Below, piece after piece: positions 1-11,952 of a stretch of 64,000 nucleotides of DNA. The DNA comes from Syncephalis fuscata S228. Taxonomy: Eukaryota > Fungi > Zoopagomycota. The DNA lies in contig JAHLTZ010000011.1 of the NCBI GenBank assembly GCA_025786725.1, positions 496,001-560,000 on the forward strand, read 5' to 3'. Each line of letters starts with the position of its first letter. Position 1 is the stretch's first letter. Made by a program: the position numbers and the translations under genes. Below the pieces are notes generated by a model, which saw only the letters and a list, made by a program, of their open reading frames with translations, was not told where the DNA came from and did not search any database.

Positions 1-1214
1 TTATAGAATATAAAAGCGATTTTCTACAAATTTGTCAATATCTTGAATGTTAAAAGTAGTGGCTTTAGAGAAAAAGTCATGCTACTAGTCAAGGATGCAA
101 TGTTATAGTGCCATTTATCTGTAAGCTGGTAACGACATGTTTGAAGTCTAACACTGCCATCAAATCCCGGTTTTACGGCCTTGTCTCAATACAACTCGCC
201 TTGGATTTTTGACAATTTCGGTGTATCACCAGTAGCGAGTCATAGCAATTATAATATAAACAAGTTATTCCTATCAAACTGTTAGTAAACAAACCATTTA
301 TAAACCAGAATTGCCACTGGTTGGCATATCATATATTATTGCTGTAAACTCGAAACAGGCTGCATATGACTGGGGTCGCCTTGCGAATACAGTCTAATGT
401 CCTTGCATTACTTTACGGACAGACAGTCAATAGCATCAATGTTCAGGTTCAATGCTTTATAAAATGCCGTTACACGACAGCTAGTGATTGATAGTAGCAA
501 TTGATTGATAGAAACAAGGCTTGTATCAGTATTTGATAGTGTAGCGCCAAAGTCAAGCTGTTCATTCCTATAGCTAAGCTGCAATGCCAAATTAAAAGCA
601 TGTGCAAGACCAATTAATATACTTTCATGGCTTAGAAAACTAAAGCAAGATTATGCGCAACAATAGACATCTGTAACAAAATAAAAGTTTGATACGTTAA
701 TTTTACTATTATATTGGGTCAAGCGTTGCTTGTAATGCATATAAATAGTGATAATTGATTATTATTTTTAAGAATACAGGAGCAACAGAACAAGACATCC
801 ACCTCCATCGTATGGTGAGCCGTGTAACAACAATACAAGTAGATACGTACAGTCTTGTTACATATGCCACTGGATAAATGATATTGCTGTGCCATTTATG
901 TAAATGCCGAGCAGGTTTAAAACAAAGGCCAGGGATTATATCTGTCACGCCATTGACCTATTTGTATATGGGGCCTCAAACCATCACATGTATGTGTTGT
1001 TATTGGTTTAGATTGCGCATCAGTGGCACAATCTATACAAAATTTGCTAGTATTCCAGCATAGATACAAGCTTAAATAGCCGAGATAATACACACATCAA
1101 ATTAGTAGCATAATTTTTACGCCCTATTTCTACCAAGCACTTACCACTATTTACTTTATACCAGTGACTCTTACTGTCCATTATATTTATTTGTTTTACC
1201 AAATCAATATTATC

Positions 1215-2227
1215 ATGAAGCTCTATAGTATTACCGTCTGTACCATCGCCATGGCGCTTGTGGCCAATATGGTCGTAGTGAATGCTAAGCCAACTCTATC
1301 CCCTAATAGTACGTTGTAGTTACAATAATTTGTTATTTATCTAATTAAATACTGTTTATATTGCTAAACCATGCTATTAGCTCGTAAGTAGCCTTATATA
1401 TAATCAGATATATACTGAATATATACTATGCGACATTTATGTTCAATAACTTGTATTAATAGCTGGTAAGTTGTATTATATATTAATCAATAGTCCGTTA
1501 ATTAAATATCGTGCTTTGCGTGTGCTCAATACCTTGTATTAATAGAATGTAAGTAGTGTTGTGAATCGATTTGTAATAAACTAAACGTATGTTATGTACT
1601 ATGTACCTGATGGCTTTTATTAATAGTTTGTAAGTGGTATTACATATTGATTAGCCATTTACTAAATATATGCCATCCATCATATATGTTCAACAATTTG
1701 TATTAATAGGGGGTAAGTGTTATTGTATATTAACCAATTATACACTAATTATATGCTATGTATTGTGCGTGTTTAATAATTTGTATTAATAGGTCGTAAG
1801 TAACATTGTGGATAATTAACAATATATTAAATATATGCCATTTATTGTGTGTGTATCAAATGAATTGCATTAATAGGAGGTAAGTGACATTTAATATTAG
1901 CAAAATGTATATACTAAACATATGTCCTTCATGGCCTATGTTAATAACCTATATTAACAGTTCGTAAGTAACACGTGCATTAATTAACCTTAAACTAAAC
2001 ATAATTTGTTAAACATGTGCTTGATAACTTGGTATTAATAGAACGTAGGTAACATTGTATATGATTACTTACAAGCTAAACATATGTCATGCATTGTGTG
2101 TGTTTAATAACTTGTATGAATAGGCTGTAAGTAGAATTGTACAATGTTGAATTACACATTGATTACATGATACATATTGTATATATTTATTAACATCTAA
2201 TAACCAGGGGCTCGTCGTGAAGATTAA
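1215..2227 (+). CDS. Small secreted peptide encoded by a micro-exon gene (12 exons, ten of them 3 nt long); 47 aa MKLYSITVCTIAMALVANMVVVNAKPTLSPNTPEFWGRVQRWARRED
   Basis: Exon 1 1215-1308 (ATG, hydrophobic signal peptide, GTACGT donor at 1309). 3-nt exons flanked by AG and GTAAGT/GTAGGT: 1381-1383 CTC, 1463-1465 CTG, 1546-1548 AAT, 1627-1629 TTT, 1710-1712 GGG, 1793-1795 GTC, 1877-1879 GAG, 1961-1963 TTC, 2042-2044 AAC, 2124-2126 GCT. Last exon 2208-2227 ends in TAA. The joined sequence is stop-free in the signal-peptide frame. AATAAA at 2432. Confidence 0.85.
1309..2207 (+). repeat. Degenerate tandem array, period 81-84 bp (intron + 3-nt exon unit)
   Basis: Recurring motif (T)TGTATTAATAG-NNN-GTAAGT, with an internal YTAAAY motif at a constant position. 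Exon starts are spaced 82,83,81,83,83,84,84,81,82,84 bp. Confidence 0.9.
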
Positions 2228-2640
2228 AATTAGGAAAGGTGCTTAATTTGCTTGCTTAATATAATCTCGACATGCATACAACAAAAAGCAAGACCATTTT
2301 GACAACTGCCACCAACCATTTATCTATCAAGTTCTCGTCGATTTCTCGATCTATCCGCTTTCAATCGGTGACACCATTATATTACTGACAAATCTGCATT
2401 TGGCTATATATTCAGCTATGCAAATCGTAGTAATAAATATATTAATTTAATCTGATTATATTTGATCAAATTGCTACGACTATTTTAATGTTCCATTAAC
2501 CTACAGATAACAGCAACACTTTTGTATAATCCAATAAAATTAAATGGCTAATCATAATGCATAAACAACACGCACTTATTTTATACGAAAACATAATAAA
2601 CCAACAGTAGCAATCAATAGGTATGATAAATACCGGTGTA

Positions 2641-4296
2641 CTATGCAAAGGCTTGTCGCACCACCTGAACAGTCAGATGGTGAACACAACCACCGAGTGA
2701 TCGATGAGCCGACGCAAGAATACCCTGAGGATTTGCATTTGTATCGGCAATGACCATTAGCGTGCCAACTACTCGGCCATAGGCATCGGTCCAAAAGTGC
2801 TCTTCCAAATAGCCAAGTACACCCGGTTGTGATGTCAGCTAATAATTTAATATAACATATCATATATTATAGATTAGCTAGTTATTCTAACCCAACACTA
2901 TATTCCGTTTATCCTACCTCATTCAAAGCTGAATCCACACCTTCAACGTGTGTGGCTGACTGCATTAATAGTTTGCTAATTGCAAAAAAGATGGATTGCA
3001 CAGAGTAGACCATAACAATAGCCACCGACATACATGCCAGCTGGTCTAATAAGGCAGGATATGCACTATGACACGTTCATTAAACAACAGTTACTAACTA
3101 TGCTAATCAACTTACCTAATCGCTACCATAAATCGACTAAACAATACGATGGCACAACAAAATAGATTGGCTTTAGTAAATGAGCTTTTCAATAGGCCGC
3201 CCAATAATGTGTCTTCACCACCAAATCGGCTTCCTGGACCTTGTGGTCTGCCGTTCACTATAATTGATATTAATAACAATAATAGCCTATTAATGCGCCA
3301 TAGACTTACATCGATCAAGCTGAGCATGATGACGGAATACGAGTGATGAAACAGCAGTCACTAGAACAGCACAGATCAATACTAGAAAAGACATAAAGAA
3401 ATCTCTATTATAAAATACATTAATCAACTGTATAAACCTATTCCGTATCACTTACGCATGATTGTGTTCACTATGATGGGTCAGAATAACGTGTTCCATG
3501 CCCTCTTTCGTTACATAAATGCTCATAAACAGCATGTAAATAACATTTGTAAACGAAAATAATATTTCAATTCGCCGTAATCTAAACAATTGATCCACTC
3601 AGTTTAATACAGTCATCTGTTCATTTTATCTTAAATACTTACCCAAATGGATGTTCCAATGTCGGTGTGGTATAATAACTTGAACTACGAATAGTACGAG
3701 AAACCAGTAGATTAAATAGGCCAAAAAGGTCAAAAAACAAGAAATATGCATAAGCTGTCAATGCTAAGTAGTATGTAGATCATACAGTATTGTGCATTTA
3801 TAGACATATATCAGTCAAATTGCTCCCTATTGATTTGCGGATACTTACCAAGACTTTCTGCATGATGGCCATGGAACCATACACCAATGGTTGTGAATAA
3901 CTGAAGTGTTGTCCATAGAAAAAGTACTTGGTGCTCCTTGTAGGCTAGCTGCATAAATTCCAGTTTTGAGGGTGCCCGAATACAAGTAGCCTTCGCGCTT
4001 CGCTTAGACGGATGAGCCATTTTGGTAACAGATCCATGTTCATGGTGATGGTGGTCATGTCCATGACTATGCCCATGACTATGCCCATGACTATGATGGT
4101 CATGGCTATGCTCGTGCTTGTGCGTATTATGCTTATGATCATGGTCATGATGAATATGATTGTGTGGTTGATAGTTGGCCTGGTAAGAAGGAGTGTTACC
4201 GGCTAACAAGTGATTGTCATTTGTAGTGCCAGCAGTAAACGTCTCTTCGACAACGCATACAAACGTGTCTTGTAGAGGTACAGGTGCTGGTCCCAT
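2641..4296 (-). CDS. Cation diffusion facilitator zinc transporter, Zrg17/ZnT6-like, with His-rich N-terminal region (multi-exon)
   Basis: HSHGHSHGHSHGHDHHHH tract; TM exons including TPTLEHPFG..RRIEILFSF; C-terminal exon GVLGYLEEHFWTDAYGRVVGTLMV...HLTVQVVRQAFA* resembles the ZnT5/6/7 cytosolic domain. Confidence 0.8.
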
Positions 4297-4636
4297 CACT
4301 GATACGATGCCAATAACAACAACAACAACAACTGGATAGAAAGTTGGTAAGTAAAGGAGGTTGGTAGGTTGACGGCCCTGCGTCGCTTATTACTTGATTC
4401 CAACTAACAAAAAATAGAAAGCAAGTGATAAAAAAGAAATGGACTTGGATATGGTAGAAATGAAATGCGAGAAGATAAAAGAACTGACTGAGACACGGAG
4501 AAAAGTCAAGTTAATATAGAAATGGTTTATTATGACAATAATAATAATAATAAACACTATTGAATTAATGTTAATCCAAGTGTTGTTAATGTTATTGATT
4601 TGATTCGTGTATCTTTCTTCTACACTTTATTTGAAT

Positions 4637-5510
4637 ATGCATCCATCAATACTTATATTGAACTTAGTTCTGGGATTGTTTGTCTCTTTAGTTGTAGGAG
4701 AACATAAACAACAGGTAAGTAATACTTGTATACGCGTCTAGTACTTATATTGTACAGTTTCATATTTGGCGCACTGAAGTAGGCTCTACTGAAAAAGTGT
4801 CTTTGGGAGATGTATTCTACGATGCAGACACGCACAAAGGACAACTGGCTGCAGAGTTGTCTGATTGGCAGCCTACTACGGAAATAGTAACAATGACGAT
4901 AGAAGAACAAGATACTGGTGTTAAGATAACTCGTAATGTAAGTTGTAACTATCAATATATCAATATAAACAAATGGTTAAGCTACTTGTAAATAATAGGT
5001 GCGTATTCCAGCATCGCCACTTCTTTCATTAGGCTTTTCTGATAAAGGTGTGTGTAATAAATTATGATATATTATATTTATATGTATATTAAATCAATTA
5101 CTTATAAATATAGGAACATTTTTTTATTTTGATTTACTATCGAGTGAACACGAAGTACTGCGACCTGGAGAGGATCAAGTAAGATATGACAATATTTGAT
5201 AGATTTACTATTACTAATTCTATTTAAATAGACGGTAATTGTACGTGGTCAATATCCTGTACCAGCATCGCGGTAAGTACTAGTAAACTACTGGTTAAAA
5301 AAAGCGATAGCTTATAATGACTATTATAGACCAAAGCTTAAACAATTAAATCCGACTAAAAAGGCCGAAGAGGAAGAAGAGGACGACCGTAGTTTCTTTG
5401 CCAAGTACTGGCATGTTATTGTTCCAATCTTAGTTCTTTTATTATTGGGTAGTGGTGGTGGCGAGGAACCAGCTCAAGGCGGTGGTGGTAGTGGTGGTGC
5501 TCGTAGTTAA
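4637..5510 (+). CDS. EMC10: ER membrane protein complex subunit 10 (multi-exon)
   Basis: Signal peptide MHPSILILNLVLGLFVSLVVG; C-terminal EEEEEDDRSFFAKYWHVIVPILVLLLLG followed by a Gly-rich tail, the EMC10 signature. Confidence 0.8.
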
Positions 5511-5763
5511 ATAGCCTGAATAGTGTCTAAACAGCTACTTTTAACCATGGTTGTATCTATCAATGAGTATATACTGTTGCTACACAACCATATTGTGTTT
5601 TCTTCCCTTTTATTAAGAGAAAAGATTACGTAATTGTTTATTGTTTTAGCTTAACAGCACTGCTAAAAGGTTACCAAGTAAAGAAAACTTTGTTTATCAT
5701 ACACACACATATATTTTTAAACTGTGTTTATTCCATTAATATTGAATTTATCTTTGTCTACTA

Positions 5764-6932
5764 ATGTTAAGTAATCATTTATACTATTATACTGTTGGTA
5801 ATATGACAAATATAAGTATTGATAATACTGCTACTGCTGCTTCTCTTCTTTCTTTGTCAAAGTCTGATCATCACGCAATGAAGGTCTTGGAAACCGTACC
5901 TTTAACAATCGATGATAGTACCAGTAATATGCATAATAGTGATCTAGATCTAGATTCACAGCATGCCGACGATGACAATGATACACTAAACGGTTCTACT
6001 ATATCACTTGATCCACCGACTAGTTATCAGTCATCTAAAGCATCGGTAAGCTCAATTTAAGTGATCAGCCATTTCTTATAACTATTTGTAATAGCTTTTT
6101 AAAGAAATTAAGCTAGAATTAGAAAACAATAGTAGTAACCGGCCTTGCGCCACATCAGAAATGATTGTCCGTATTACCGACGATGACATAAGAAGTGAAA
6201 ACGATGCTATAAGAGGTATCCAATATTAACTATGGTTAAATAGTACTAATATCCTGTATAGAGCACGTACGTATGGTCAATGAACGAATGGTTCAAATGG
6301 AAGCGGATTTTACAACATGGCAACAAAAGGTAATACTATCAAGCATATTATATTATTATATTATTGATTGATATGTATAACTATTAGTTAGTAAAGCAAC
6401 AGGAAGATGAAATACAGCGACAAACAACCGAGTTACATGAACATACTGCTCAGTTAAATAAACAAGTAATATTTTATAGGGTTATTTAATTCAATCTAAT
6501 ATTTAGATATGTTTATTTTTAGATATTAACATTAACGGATAAACTAGCAGAACGAGAAACAGAAGTAAATCGACTTGTTGGACGATTGACCAACGAACTA
6601 CAGACTGATCGATTTCTAGCCGACTATCTTACCGAGTTGAATCAACGTAAACAAGCAGCAATGGAAGTACAAATGGCCAAGAAACAGAATGAATGGGAGA
6701 GAGAAAAGGCTGGTTTGCTTGAAGTAATGGCCGATCTTGTACATCAACGTATGGATCCATTACAAACACAACTTGAAGAATTAGAACAAGAGAATGAATA
6801 TTTAAGAAAGGTAAGTTAAATACATATCAAATTAGTCGATGCACTTGATAATTAATATTATTATTTATACATTAGAAACTTGCCAATATACTATCCACTC
6901 CCTATCTACTCATAATAATGATATTACTATAA
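5764..6932 (+). CDS. Hypothetical coiled-coil protein with short hydrophobic C-terminus (multi-exon; start could be 5803)
   Basis: E/Q/K-rich heptad exons (ORF 6586-6819) linked by GT-AG introns; last exon KLANILSTPYLLIIMILL*. Confidence 0.6.
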
Positions 6933-7224
6933 TTTGTTTAGATTAATTTTTATTACACAGTCCTATGTTGAAATAAATACGTTGTTGTCACGTGACAGAT
7001 GTGTGATTGGGTCACCTGTTACTCTACCATTTGCCAAGATAACTCCGCTCCTATAGAAGCAATTTTATCCATCCACTCAGTTACTGACTTGTTATTGCTC
7101 ATTTGGTTATTTGTTTGCTCATTAGTTGTGGTTTACTTATCTACGTCTGATTATTTAGAGCCTGTATAACCAACCACTGGTACCGTTACTACGGCTATCT
7201 CCATTTCTGTTAATAGAAATCGCT

Positions 7225-10200
7225 ATGGAAAAGAATTGGCGTGAACAAATTGCTCGCATTCTTCGACCTACAGAATTTCTACGACTTATATCCTTTTAGA
7301 CCTATAACCTACAGGTGTCATTTGCGATATCCACCTTAACCTATAGTTATTACTATGTAGAAGTTAAAGTGTTGACAGCGGGTAAATTTCGAGATCGCCG
7401 TGTACTCGCTCTTATCGGTAATACACAATCAGACGTTGAAGAGGGCGGGTAAGTAGAATGTGTTAATGAATAGAAACAAAAACCCTATTACTTACTGTTG
7501 TTGTTGCAATAGACTATTCTTTCTTAAACGTACGGGTGCCACCATTGTTATTAGGGAGAAATTGGCGATTTTTGCTGATTTTAAAGTAACTCGGTGTAAG
7601 TTAATACTCATCCATGAACATTGACACTAAACATGATCCATTTATTTTTTATTTAGTAACTGGCTATTCAGAAGATGTGTCATCCAATGCTTCTGTACCT
7701 ATTGGTGGGTCTGAAGGTAAATTGGCGCTATTTAAATAAATAAATAGATAAACAAACAACTAATACAAAATAGATGTAACACTAAGATATGCCAATGGCA
7801 TCGATACGGTGGAATTTGAAATTACCCGAGGCGATGACATGGAACAAATGTTAATTGAGTTAAAACGACTTATTAATATTGCTCGTAAGTTATTAATTGT
7901 ATTAATGAAGTATATTTACATAATGATACCAAATTAGAGGATCGGGGTCTTGCTTCTAGTGGATCAAGCCATCGATGGATCCATTACTATTCAATACACT
8001 CGGAACTATCTACCATTAATACTATTGAAGGGCCACCCTCACCTGTCAATGTAGATGGTGTGTACCAGGCATTACTGTCAATCGACTATTGTATAGTGTC
8101 TAACTTTAAATAACTATTTAGACGATGGACATAGTATGATATCGGCACCTTATGGTAAATCTATCTATCTACAACATTACTCTATTAGCCACTGATCAAT
8201 TTATACTATTAGGCTTTCGTAAAACACGTAGCAATCCGCTAATGTCTTTCTCTAATGTGGGCGGCCTTTCTGTCAATGAAATAGAACGAGAATCTGGTGG
8301 TATTGCCTCTACTGATCTTCGTGCGGTTAAAGAAGAATGGGTTTCTAAGCAATTGCTCGATCGAGAGGAGGAGTTTACTGAGAGATCTCCTATTCGGTGA
8401 GCTTATTAGTTTATGTACACGTATCATGGCTAATGAATAGTAATCATTAGTGTGTTTACTGGTACATGGAACGTCAATGGTCGTTATACCGATGAATCAC
8501 TAGATAGCTGGTTAAGAATGACTGAACAGTTTGATATTTATGCTATTGGGTAATTACTATGATATCTATTTAAGTAAATAGTAACTGATTAATCAACACT
8601 AAATAATCAGGTTCAAGAATTGGATCTTAGTGCAGAAGCTTATTTAATTGCCGATACAACTCGTGAAGAAATGTGGTGTGGGGCCATTGAAACTACATTG
8701 AATCAATCACCAGATAAATATGTTAAGGTAAAATAGCTGCATTAATATAGTATATTATTATATTGGTATTGATTACTTGTTGTTTATACTAGATTATATC
8801 CAGGCAATTGATTGGTATGCTTATTGTTGTCTACGTCAAATGTTCTATTTCCGATCAAGTTCGTGAAGTAACATCGGCTTCTATTGGATGTGGCTTAATG
8901 GGCATGATGGTACAGTATTACTCGTCATCTAGCGAATAAGCTCTACTAACACTTGCCGATATCTAGGGCAATAAAGGCGCAGTGGCTGTACGCCTACGTA
9001 TTAAAGATTCGTATCTATGCTTTATCAATTCACATTTGGCCGCCGATACTTATCAAGTAGAACGCCGTAAACAAAACTATTGGGAAATTGTTCGACGTGC
9101 ATCATTCCCTAATCTTGCACTTATGTCTGGACTACAAAGAATGTCCAGCTATACATCTTCAAACCTTACCGGCTATCTTCCAGGCAGTTCCCAGCGATAT
9201 TTTGGCGTATTCGATAATGAGTAAGTCGTTATCGTGTTAGTGTCGTTATACTATTTATTAATAGCCTAATGTAGTCATCTTATATGGATGGGCGATCTTA
9301 ATTATCGAGTAGCCATGTCGGGATCAGAAGTAAAGAAACATCTGGGCAGTGGTAACATTGAAATAGCACTAACTTATGATCAGGTAAGTAGATTGATCAT
9401 TATTTATAATCAGCCATCTAATTGATAGTAATAGTTAATAAATGAACGACGATTAAAAAATGTATTTGATGGATTTGATGAAGGCAATATTACATTTATG
9501 CCCACATACAAATATGATGTAGGCACTAATGTATTTGATACTAGGTAAATAGCATGGCTAGTTAATATTAGTAATTAACCAGCTATTAATCGATATTAGC
9601 GAGAAACAACGTACACCTTCTTGGTGTGATCGTATTTTGTGGCGAAGTCGTACAGGAGCAAGTAAATATATTCAACAATTAAGCTACACCAGCCATCCTG
9701 AACTATTAGCAAGTGATCATAAGCCAGTAAGCGCTGATTTTGAGATTCAGGTAAATAGAATGAATATAGAAATTAGTAGATTACTTATAATAATATAACA
9801 ATAATAGGTTAAGACAATACTGCCAGAAAACAAGCCGATGTTCATGGAAGTATTATACGCGAATTGGACAAGTACGAGAATGAATGCATGCCTGATGTTA
9901 GTGTTTCTCGACTACAAATTGATTTTGGCGAGATTAAATATGAACAGCCAGTAACGGAAACCATTGTTATCGAGAATGTCGGTCAGGTAAATAACTATTT
10001 ATTATTAGATAATCGCGTATAAATATTAATAATACTAAAAATAATGCTATAACAAACTATAGGTTACTGCTCAATGCCGATTTATTCCAAAGTTTGAAGA
10101 AGTTAATATTTGTAAACCATGGCTCTGGGTCAATCCACCTACAGCTATGCTTGTACCAGGTAGGTAGATGTAATATCTAATACTGAATTCATAGATACTT

Positions 10201-11398
10201 AGATGCTCATCTTTATGTATTCTACTATGATTATAATAGGCGACAAGGCTATTATTAGTATGACATTACTTGTTGATGCCATGTCAGCGCCACCACTTAA
10301 TGCTGGAGAAGATGCGCTTGAAGATATCCTTATTCTACACCTTGATAATGGTAAAGATTTCTTTGTTTCCGTATCAGCCTCATATGTGCCGACTTGTTTT
10401 GCCACTAGTCTCGACCGTCTTACACGTCTACCACATCCAGTACGTGCGGTACCTGTAGCAGAAGTTGAGCTTTTACTATCAGAGAATCAATTAAGTATGC
10501 CACGTGAATTGTGGCGTATTATTGATTATTTACAAATGCATGGACAAAATATGGTAAGTATTATAATGCTATTCACATATCTATATATCTATACAGTTGT
10601 ATTGACTCGTTTATTCATAGGATGGACTGTTTATGCAAGCAGGCAATCCATATCTTATTGCCTATATACGTGATTGTTTAGATACAGGTGTTGAGTTTGA
10701 GTTTAATACATTACTTGAAGAAAGTGTATGGCCATCGGGTGAGACGCTGCCTCTAAGTGGCGAGGCACTCTCCTCGTCTGAAGTAATGATGGCATCCGTC
10801 TCTAGCGATAACAGTAATGCCAATGGAGATATTACTCGATTGATGCCGGCCCATAGTATTCATGCCATGGCTGAAACACTACTACGCTTTCTAGAAGCGA
10901 TGCCTGAACCAGTCATTCCGTATGATCATTATCAGCGCTGCTTAGACGCCAGCCATTATGATAAAGAGACGGCATTACAGGTAGAGAGCTTATTAATAAT
11001 AATAAGCGATTATTATGTGGCTAATTAATTTGGTATTTTCTATTTTGTAGGCACTCGAAACACTACCACGTATTAATATGAACATGTTTTTATACTTGAC
11101 CGCATTTTTACGCTTAACACTTTCTTGGCTTAGTCCTCAATTATCCAACGAGGAGAAAATGTTACATTTGAACAAATTGGGTAAGTTAGTCGTGATATTA
11201 CGTTAATTAACACTGAAACAATTGTTTTTAACAGCTATGGTATTTTCGGCTGTTCTACTTCGTTCAAAGGGTACAACGCCCGAACGCTTCCAACAAGGCA
11301 TTCTTAATCAAAAACAGCAATTTCTTAAATTCTTTTTGATTGAAGAACAAGAACATATACGCGATGGAGAGATGAGCGATACATCCTCGGCCGTATAG
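7225..11398 (+). CDS. OCRL: Inositol polyphosphate 5-phosphatase, OCRL/INPP5B type (N-terminal PH-like, 5-phosphatase, ASH, RhoGAP-like domains)
   Basis: Motifs [56 protein letters not shown]; [21 protein letters not shown]; RhoGAP-like [14 protein letters not shown]. Confidence 0.92.
7288..7353 (+). other. U12-type (minor spliceosome) AT-AC intron, first intron of the OCRL-like gene
   Basis: 5' end ATATCCTTTT, branch site CCACCTTAAC at 7331-7340, AC at 7352-7353. Removal joins ...TEFLRL to YVEVKVL in frame; unspliced reading hits TAG. Confidence 0.85.
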
Positions 11399-11751
11399 CG
11401 CATTGGTTGCAAGTCAATCGATCTATGCTGTACTCTTCTCATTCTCGCTCTCACTCATTCTTTCACACTCTATTCACTTTTCTCTTTCTCATTTAGCCAG
11501 CCATTATCTGTACAGTGTATATTGTTGCAACTGTGCCATTTCATTCAAATATCAAAATAAATCTGTGTGTAAAGCTATTATATCCGAATCAATTTACTGC
11601 CAACTACTGATAGACCGCCTACTATGTGTATGATTGTTAGCGTTTTGTATCTACAAAAGACCTCAATAGCCTTAATGCTGTAGTTGATTAGCTATACATA
11701 CCACAAGTGGACGCCAATACACTAAAGAGGATAACATAACAGCGAGACGAC

Positions 11752-11952
11752 TTAATGGTGAGTGCCCTCTACGTGTTTGCTAGAGTTCTTGGAAAATGCC
11801 CATTCTCCAATACAGTACGCGGTAAAAGCCACTGTGGCAATACCGAGGCCGGGGAATGCAGCACGGAGCTGATTCGTGCCACGGAAGACTGGATGATTGC
11901 GCCAAGCGTGCAACTTTGTCCATGGATCACGACGAGTACTAGGAGACGACAT
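11752..11952 (-). CDS. NDUFB3: NADH:ubiquinone oxidoreductase B12 subunit (NDUFB3/NB2M)
   Basis: RDPW...AWR...F.......FPGLGIATVAF.AY motif, 66 aa, His-containing C-terminus. Confidence 0.9.
   Translation of the reverse strand: MSSPSTRRDPWTKLHAWRNHPVFRGTNQLRAAFPGLGIATVAFTAYCIGEWAFSKNSSKHVEGTHH

Noticed and set aside
1-1063. Short ORFs on both strands, possibly a decayed minus-strand gene
   Set aside because: Frequent stops and no recognisable family motif; cannot support a call.
1309-2207. CRISPR-like or satellite interpretation of the ~82-bp periodic array
   Set aside because: Eukaryotic context with no cas genes; the conserved parts are splice acceptor, donor and branch signals, and the variable triplets assemble into an ORF.
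1381-2246. Reading the micro-exons as whole codons (phase 0: LLNFGVEFNAGLVVKIKIRKGA*)
   Set aside because: This frame is also open, but the only good donor after the signal peptide (GTACGT at 1309) is phase 1, and the alternative GT at 1316 is phase 2 and hits a stop.
3945-4206. Met-rich overlapping ORFs on both strands
   Set aside because: Alternative-frame readings of the His-rich (CAT-rich) tract of the CDF transporter.
6216-6261. Intron starting GTATCCAA, resembling a U12 donor
   Set aside because: Lacks the TT of GTATCCTT and has a U2-type ACTAAT branch site rather than CCTTAAC.
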